Shown here piece by piece: positions 55,217-64,000 of a DNA stretch of 64,000 bases; position 1 is the stretch's first letter; every line of letters begins with the position of its first letter. This DNA is from Octopus vulgaris (lineage: Eukaryota), in NCBI GenBank assembly GCA_951406725.2, contig OX597831.1:51956001-52020000 (forward strand), read 5' to 3'. The notes beneath the pieces were generated by a model. That model did not search any database and had not been told where the DNA came from. It saw only the letters and a list, made by a program, of their open reading frames with translations. The position numbers and the translations under genes were made by a program.

Positions 55217-55220
55217 GCAT
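55197..55220 (-). promoter_or_regulatory. 7-codon uORF (MHASLKR*) overlapping the first CUL4 AUG out of frame
   Basis: Minus strand reads GGA ATG C ATG CCT. The upstream ATG at 55220 gives ATG CAT GCC TCT CTC AAG CGT TAA. Function is untested. Confidence 0.55.
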
Positions 55221-55779
55221 TCCGATTTCTTCGGCCAAAAATGACCTGGGCCCTCCTTTGAATAAAAATCTGGGGTCTTGCAGTCCCTTTCGCACTTTAG
55301 GGAATCCGACTACTGGATGGATGGCTTCCCCGACGTCTTTTTTTTTTTTTTTTTTCCTTCAACACGCTAAATGGCAAGAGATGGTGAAGTAGTCAAAAAA
55401 TATTACCAACAATAATAATAATACTGGTGATTCTGGTATCGCTGCGACATTTGTTCCGTCGATAAAGCTTAGAGCGTTGCTGTGTTGGTTTCAATCTGTG
55501 TGATATATATACTGTATATTATATATTCGGGTGTATGTAGAGAGTAAATTGAATACACAGTTGCTGTTTTATAAGTAATTTTTGTGACTTAACTGGCATG
55601 AGGTGCGCCTTTTCTTTAAACACCGACCCCTTTGCCTTATTTTGCTGTTTCTAGCAGTCCCTTTCTTCCGACTCACAGCTACACTTCCACTTACTGGATA
55701 CGGATCTTTCACACAAAGGAAAAAATACGATGTTCGCTAATGGTGAAAATCCTATATTTGTGTATGAGGTTTCTTTAAG

Positions 55780-55920
55780 GCGTTAACGCCAAAATAATAA
55801 TGGATAGCCGTTTTGTAGCTTCAGCTTCAAGGTAGGAGAAATATGGCGGAAAATCTCGCGAAAATCACGTACAGCAAGGGGAACTAACCGACAAGTCTTG
55901 GAAATTGCTTGAAGCAGACG
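55780..55920 (-). promoter_or_regulatory. Probable CUL4 core promoter, CpG-rich
   Basis: YY1-like ATGGCGG (55843-55849) next to TCTCGCGA (55854-55861), at the upstream edge of the CpG-retaining zone. The TSS is not known. Confidence 0.5.
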
Positions 55921-58900
55921 ATACATGTGGAGGCACATGGGTGGGCAATTGTTGTAGGTTCTTTTCCACAATATATACATATAATTTCTACAATATGTAT
56001 AATTTGTGTTAATTCTTGAATTCTTCAATCAATGATCAAAGGAAGAAGAGATCCAAAGAGGTTTCAATAAGAGTATATTCTCTGCAATATGTGCATTTTC
56101 TACAACATATATATTTTCTGGATTATTTGCAACACAAACACTTTCTACAATGTTTCCTCTCTAGTAAACCAGAATATGTACATTTCTGAAAATGTGTACT
56201 GTTTTACAAAGTAATTCTGTTTCAACAATATGAGTTCTTCTAATTGTGCATTCCCCCAACACTGACAAGTTTTATAGTATATACATTTCTGCAATCAAAG
56301 TTGCATAAGTAGGTATATTTCTATAATGCCTTTAGTTTCTACTATGTATATAATTTTTTACAATAAATTTGCAAAGAAACTTCACAACACTACACTTTCT
56401 CTGCTAATGTGCTGATTACTTTAGAATGTGCATCTAATATTCAATGTAAAGTCGTTGGCACATTAGCAGAGAAAATATAAGTTGTGAGGTAACTTTAGGT
56501 CTTGTCAAAAACTATTCAATCTCTCTTGTTATGGTGCCATGAGACAAAAAAAGCACTCAGTGTATTCTAGCAATAGGAAAAACATCCAGATGCCAAATGC
56601 AGGAATCTAGCACCAGTCTATGGGAGCAACAGCACAGCTCCCAATAAGGAATGATACAGACCATAGCAACCCATCCAGCCTGTGCCAGCATCAAATCATA
56701 AATGGATTATATGCTTTTTACAGTGTGTGAAGCATCAATAACATGTGCAGTCTCTTCAATATATGCAATGTTATATGTGCATTTTTGCAATGAATGCAGT
56801 TTCTTTGTACAAGACAAAGTGGTAGGCCTACCATATTTTCTTGTTTAACATATCGCCATCTGGTCCCTGGATGCTTTTAATGGAGTTTAAACATTCAAAC
56901 CAGTTTTTTGTGTGTATGCACATATGTTGTAATATGTGTGTATGCATGTATGTTATAAAAACAACTAAAGTTTTAAGTATAACTGAAACACATTTGTGAA
57001 TATAAATTGTAACCCCATCTCCACCTTTGTTTGTCACTCAGTATATTTGCTCCTACATAACTTTAACCTCTGTCTCTGTCATTAAGCATCACTTTCTTCC
57101 CTCTCCACAATTCACATCATTTCCCTATTTTCATCTGTCTACAATAGTGATCCCCAATGTGAGGCATACACCCTACCGGCAGTGCCTGGGAAAATTGTGG
57201 TGGAGCATGGTGCCATAGTTACCAGGCACAAGGTTCTCATTAAGGTGATTCACTGTTTTTTCTTAGTCGGTAATGTGCTTATTTTTTGTACTCAGTACTT
57301 AATAAAAGGGTTACCGGTAGATTCTTTTGTATCAAATAATTATGATAAAATATTAAAAATAAAGTTGTTTTTTTCTAACCACCATTGAGATATATATTTT
57401 TCTGGAAAGTTATAGTGGGGCCTGAAGGAAAATAAGTTGGGAAACACTTGCCTACAGTTTTATTAAACTGTTGCTCTCCACTTCTCCTTTATAGAGTTCC
57501 ACTTCTGACTTACTCCCTAACCCATTCCTATTCCCCTTTACCTTACCTACCAAACTGAGATTCACCATTAACCACAACTTTACAAGTGTTTACCATTCAC
57601 TTCTATTGCCACCTCTAACCATCTGTCACTTTCCTTTTACACTCTCATAATCTTCAATCCTTGATCTTCTTCTGCTTTTTTTTTTCTTTATCCCCCTTCT
57701 TGTAACTTGATGGTATGCTGTGAACCTTCATCTCCATTTTTTCTCCCTTTTCAGCTGGAGTAGCCTAGTATCTTCAGTAAAATACCTCTTCCTATCCTTC
57801 TATTATACATTAGCCTCTCAAAATCCTGCATAAAGCCATCTCCCTCAGTACTGCAACCCACTCAATCAAGAGGTCTTGTCTTACTCTGACAGTTACTTGG
57901 TAAACTCAATAATGCTAATGCCACCCCCACCCCCAACCAATGCATTCTGTAAAGTGGTTAACATTAGGAAGAGCAGCCAGCTGTAGAAACCATGCCAAAA
58001 CAGACACAGGAGCTCAATACAATCCTCTGGTTTGTTAGATCCTGTGGTACTTTGCTAAAACATTAAATCTGTAAAATGTAACTGTTTTGGTCTACAGTTA
58101 TTTTTAACTCTTATTGAGTCCTCTTTCAATTTCTTCCCCCATTCATCATTGAATCAATAATTTACACACACACACACATCACTCACTCATGCTTTTGCTC
58201 AATGAGGCTAGGGCTATTGGTAGTGCCAACCAGGTCCACCAATGCCCCACAACCCATTGCTGGCAGTTCCTCTGCATTCTCCAAGATGACAACAAGCCCC
58301 TGAAGATCTCCCTTAATCACATCCAACCATGTAGTGTGGAACTTACTATCAGGCCTCTTCTAGCACATAGCTGCTGTGTCAAATAAGAGTAAGGCCCTGA
58401 TATGATCATCTGATGGTAAGTTGAGGACATGTCCATACCACCACATGAGGCAGGAAACTGTGGGCTGATGTGCGTGCACATGAAGCTCTACGTTGTAAAT
58501 GTGATGGTACCATCTGATGTTGTCGATGGTCTCCAGGGCTCTACTATCAGGAAATTTTCAGCAACCTCTTGTTTGTATCTATCTATCTGGCTGGCTGTCT
58601 CTGTTTGTCTGTCTGTCTCTCTCCCTATATATATATATATATTGCAGAGAAAGTATCCAGTACTCTTGTGTGACCATCGATCTGTGTCTGGAAAATCTTG
58701 TATTAATTTCCCTGACAGAACAGCATCTGCCGTGATTGTAGTGACCCCTTTGTGAGTGACAGCCCTGGCTGGAATGACTACACTATCTGCCAATTTTGTC
58801 CCAGTGTTGTTATTCAATTACATTTGCTTTTCTTCTTTGCTAACATTTTCTGTGGCTGTTCACGATCTAATCCTCAGCAACTTTGGCATAATGACTAAAA

Positions 58901-60711
58901 CAGCATGACAGAAGGCATATTGTGTCACATACCACAAGAATAAAAAGAAAAACCTACACCTGGGGTTTACTTCAGCCATGTACAATCAAACACTGATTCT
59001 AATTGAAAATATTGTATAGTCTATAGATGGATAGGATTTTGAAAAGTATAGACTGCCAGCTCCTATATGAACAGCATATGCAACTTTCAGTCATTTGATT
59101 CTTCATGCAACCAGCAACATTCAACAATTGGAGCAGAATGTCCATCAAAAAGAATTTCTCTGTTTCAGATAAAAAGAATACAAAGATCAAACTCTTGGGA
59201 ACATCTGACACAGGAGGAGTAGTTTTCTTCGATGTCTCCATTGAAATGGGTAAAACTTTTCTATCAACTTAATCTTCACAGAAGTTTGTTCACTCAATCA
59301 GGTTGCCAATACAGTGGCCACATCTGGAAATCATTACAAGTATGCTCACAAGTGGCAGAACTGCTCTTTCTATATTTAAACTTTCACTCAATTTTGCTTG
59401 ATAGTCCTGCATGCATTATTGGCAAGATCTAAGGTGTCAAGCTGGCAAAATTATTAGCATGCTGGGCAAAATGCTTCACATGCATTTCATCCCTCTTTAT
59501 GATCTGAATTCAAATACTGCCAGGGTCTACTTTGCCTTTCACCCTTTCAGGGTTGATAAAATAAGTACCAGTTGAGCACTGGAGTTGATGTAATTGACTT
59601 ATCCTTTCCTTAAAATTGCTGACCTTATGCCAAACTTTGAAATCAATATTGACAAGATTGGAACTGGCAGAGACTCTGAAACAGACCAAACTGAAAGAAT
59701 GGGATGAGTGTACAACACCTCACAGACTTGCATTTCAAGTTCTCAAACACACCTCACATAATCTCAAAAATTAACATTTATATCATAAGTAGTGTAACTG
59801 TTTGTTTTCTGGTGATTTCAGACAAACTCTGCCAGTCATGCCCAAAAGTATACTTTCTTATTTCTTTATTGCCCACAAGGGGCTAAACATAGACAGGACA
59901 AGCAAGGACAGACAAAGGGGTTAAGTCGATTACATCGATCCCAGTGTGTAACTGGTACTTAATTTATCGACCCCCGAAAGGATGAAAGGCAAAGTCGACC
60001 TCGCCAGAATTTGAACATAGAACGTAAAGACAGACAAAATACCACTAAGTATTTCGCACAGCAAGCTAATGTTTCTGCCAGCTCACCACCTTGATATACA
60101 GAAAGTATCCTTTCTGATGAATCAAGAATCCTATATTTGGAGATGAGGTGAAAAATTACATCTTTCTGCCAACATGAGAGTTGTACTTAATATAGATGTT
60201 TCAGAAACCCACTTTACAAAATTTTTACTTCAGCCAGGCAATGGTCAACTACCAGTTAAGTTGGCAGTGAGTAAAGAAATTTCCCAATACCTAAGAAATG
60301 TGGAACAATCATCAACATGTCATCAGAAAAGCTACTAAATGTTTATCCTAGCATCTCACAGGATTACAGAATCTATAAGAGACTCTGTAAATGTGCTATT
60401 CTGGCTCTAAAAATGATATTAATACCATTGCAATGAATGTTGGTGGTACAAATCAGTTTACACTAGCTGATATTAACAAAGTTGTTGACTATCCAACAAA
60501 GTTTTGCAGTTTTTTGGGGGGGTTTTCTGCAAACTGTGTCCTTCCTTAATCTGCAACTGAAAATAGGAATACTTATTATGATTCTATGAATTTTGGAAGC
60601 AGCAGAAGTTGCAGTCAAAAGTTTTATGCTCCATCAAAGTCACTATTATGACCAGGCATGCCTGTTTACTATAAAGATTAAACCCCAGCTACTCATCATT
60701 TCTGCTGAGTA

Positions 60712-60771
<60 letters not shown>

Positions 60772-60937
60772 TAGAGAGAGAGAGAGAGATTGTACTTTAC
60801 ACTTTAAGTAGCCAAGAAATAAACTGTAACTTTGGATGGGAGTTAAAGGAAGTTTGCCATAAAATGCATCTGAAGGAACCAGCTTTGGCATTTTACATAG
60901 AGAATTTCAGTATGTGCCTAAATATTATATCACTCCT

Positions 60938-60976
<39 letters not shown>

Positions 60977-61561
60977 AAGGTTTGAAAATGCAATTTTAAA
61001 AGATGTTTATCTTTTAAAATTGCATTTTCAAACCTTCTTTCATATATAATTCCACTCGTGGGGTAGCTTACACTTTGTTTTATATATATATATATATATA
61101 GCCACTTTGTTTTATATATATATATATAAATAAGCAACTAGGCATAATGTGATACCATAAAGGAAAAATTCAATCATCACTAAGTGTAACTAAGGGTGGT
61201 AAGACACCTACATTGCTAGAAATAATAGTTAAAATACTCATAATGCTGTAGGAAATGCACAAATGTATACACAGATACTGACAGGGGAGGTAACCACCCT
61301 ATAACCAATTCAAGAAACTCCAGACTAGATGTCTAGTTTCACCTATTCTGCTCGAACTGTACATGTTGGCTAATTCCAACGACAACAGAAGACAAATTAT
61401 TGATATTTTGAGTCTTTCATTACATTAGTTTCAATCATTTATAATTTTAAATTTATATAAGCGTCCCATTAGGTAAACTTACTGAAGTATAACAACAGGT
61501 CTATAAGGATAATTTTTATCACCCTTGCATATAGAGTAGATACATGAATACTCCAGAAGTA

Positions 61562-62699
61562 CATGGGTAGGCTGAAAGGCTAGCTATATAGAAGTGATGT
61601 TAGAGCTGTGAAATCTTGCTTGCATTAATTTCAGTTCTTCTCATTAATAACTGCATTGTCAGACTGCTCAAAAGACACTTCAAAAGTAACTAGTTGCAAC
61701 TTCTCTTGAAAATGGACAAAATTAACTATCATGGTGTTATCAAGTACCTTAGAAAAAAGCTTTTAGCCCTTATGTCACTCTTGCTAATATGGCTGCAACA
61801 TTAGGAGATGATGCTCCTACTTTATCAACAGTACAAAAGTAGGCAGCTGAATTTAGGAAGAGAACAGAAAGTCTTGAAGATGACCAAGATCTGAGCATCC
61901 TTCAACTGCCACCATCCAGGAAACCATTGATTGTGTTCACTACATAAAATTGAATGACAGGCAATTGATTATAAATCAAATAGCAAATGCTATTAGCATA
62001 TACTGCGAGAGAGAGTTGAGAATATTATGATCAAAAGTGAATAAGTCTGATCAGATCTCGAGAAAATCTAACATTGTTTGAGGCAGATTCAGCTAGTCTC
62101 ATTGAACATTTCCTAACCCAAGATGAGTGTTGGCTTCATCACTTTCAAATAAAGAAAGAATCCAAGCAGCTAAAACATCCTTCCCCATCTGCTCCAAAGA
62201 AGGCCAAGGTTGTTTCATCTGCAGGGAAGGTGATGGCCTCAGTTTATGAGATGCAAGGGGCATTGTGTTTATTGACTATCTTCAAAATGGCTATCAAGAT
62301 CAAATGTTCAGGAAAACAGACAAACAAGGGCTTGTTTCATTGGAACAATGCTCCAGCACACAAGTCCTTGGTTTCAATGGCTGCTTTACAGGACTGTGGC
62401 TTTGAAGTGGTTGATCAGCCTTCCTATTTTCCTAATTTGGCCCCATTTGACCACTATCTGTTCTCCAATATGAAAAAACACTTGGCTGGAAATAAGTATC
62501 ACGGTGATGATAATGTCATATCTGCTGTTGATGACATTTTTGACCAAGATGAAAGTTTCACCAAAGGGATCCAAGCACTGTAACACCAATGGAAGAATTG
62601 TGTGGACCACAAGGATGACTATGTTGAAAAATAAACCTCATTTGGTCATATTCCATGAGAGTATCTTGGTCAGCCTATAAACTTTTCAGCCAATTTTTG
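61562..62699 (+). mobile_element. Degenerate mariner (Tc1/mariner) transposon
   Basis: ORF 62074..62583 has mariner motifs TQDECW, SAGKVMASV, FHWNNAPAH, PSYFPNLAPFDHYLF. Residual TIR GGCTGAAA / TTTCAGCC flanked by TA. Confidence 0.88.
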
Positions 62700-62719
62700 T
62701 AAATGTTCTCTGAATTTTC

Positions 62720-63130
62720 TCTATCCTGTTCTTGTTCTAGCAATTACACTTTCAGTACATCTTTCTCCATTGCTATTCAGGTCCCCTAAATAGCAGAAAT
62801 TATCCTCTACCTCTAGAGAGCCTCTAAGAAAATCGGTTTCCTTTGTGTCTATAGACTTTATGGCTCTTGTGCATCTTCCACATACAAACACTGTTTTCTC
62901 TGTCAACCTTCCTATTATTCCACAGTACCTCTTGCACTGTGTACACACTATGGAATTCCTGCATACACCTTACCTACATATTGAGCAGGGCAATTTACAT
63001 GAAGTGGGTAGGGTTTTGTCTGTTTGCTTGCTAACTAGAACTGAAATTTCTTTCCTAGTTTTGTTACAGAATCTGCTACAAGAGCAAGATCATCAGCATA
63101 TAGTAGTTCCCAAGAGCAGCTGGTCTTGAA
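62720..63130 (-). mobile_element. LINE RT fragment with Cys-rich insert
   Basis: CTQCKRYC..FVCGRC..LEVEDNFCYLGDL..ESVIARTR in ORF 62721..62948. Confidence 0.65.
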
Positions 63131-63396
63131 TTCCTTTGCTATTATCATTTTTTGCAATTTACTTAATCATTGACATTTTATTGTTATTTTAATTTTAATA
63201 TTTCTATTATATATAATTTTCTAGGTTGTGTAATTTAATTCTTCATTTTGAATTGATAAAAGGTGGGTTTTTTCTAATTTTTTCTGTATATATTATATTG
63301 TGTGAAACTTGATTTAGTATTTCTAAATTGAATTTTTTTTCCTTGTAAGTTTGGATTTTATTCTCTCAATTAATAATTATATATATATATACACAC

Positions 63397-63610
63397 ATAA
63401 GAGGGATGACCACTAAGTGAACATCCATTATGCTACAAGTAGACCCCCTATGGTCTTACCACTAAGAAAGGATTGTTCTCAAGACAATTTAGCAAATGCC
63501 AGAATGTAAGCATTTGCTAAATTTTCTTGAGAACAATCCTTTCTTAGTGGTAAGACCATAGGGTCTACTTCTAGCATAATGGATGTCCACTTAGTGTTCA
63601 TCCCTCTTAT
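63397..63610. repeat. Long inverted repeat (foldback), arms of about 100 bp, 10-nt loop
   Basis: 63397-63499 is the near-perfect reverse complement of 63510-63610. Confidence 0.93.
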
Positions 63611-63933
63611 ATGTATGTAATATAATTTTTCTGAATCTTCAGATTTTTCAATACACTAGACCACTGGTTTTGAATTGATATTAATGAATTTAGTATTCAA
63701 TTTTTCACCCTTATTATTTTAAATTTATATATATATATATATATAAATTTAAAGGTCATTCCCAAGCCATTGGATCATAAGGCTGGTTTCTGGGATACTG
63801 TGGTGTATATATTCCCTTCTTGAGAGGACACTGGTCCATTGCAGGATTGCTTGTTTTAGCCAGCTGAGTTTTCTGAGTTTTACCTGCAGTTGCATTGTAT
63901 CCCCAGACAAGTTATAGCTCGCCTGTATAAATT

Positions 63934-63966
<33 letters not shown>

Positions 63967-64000
63967 GCAGAATAAGAAATAGAAAACCCTTGGTACAGTA

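Noticed and set aside
62074-62583. Possible domesticated or active mariner transposase
   Set aside because: Stops and frameshifts upstream, internal deletion and substituted catalytic-motif residues.
55950-64000. Divergent gene sharing the CUL4 promoter
   Set aside because: No recognisable coding exons, only repeats; a non-coding first exon cannot be excluded.

Overview
AT-rich, repeat-dense animal DNA. The SINE families point to a coleoid cephalopod, probably Octopus (inference). The window holds the 5' part of one minus-strand gene, Cullin-4. I reconstructed 14 coding exons from 55216 down to 2166 (3097 nt, about 1032 codons) with consistent splice phases; the C-terminal exons lie beyond position 1. 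Intron 2 (18963-27602) is a U12-type AT-AC intron. Exon 1 encodes a 550-aa Ser/Thr-rich extension with a basic NLS-like motif. Its 1647 nt between a weak first AUG and a strong second AUG have no in-frame stop and no ATG in any frame, which suggests long and short proteoforms made from one mRNA by leaky scanning or reinitiation. Introns and upstream DNA carry tRNA-derived SINEs, RTE and RLE LINE relics, Tigger and mariner relics, hAT and piggyBac-type MITEs, two hammerhead-like motifs and a long foldback palindrome.
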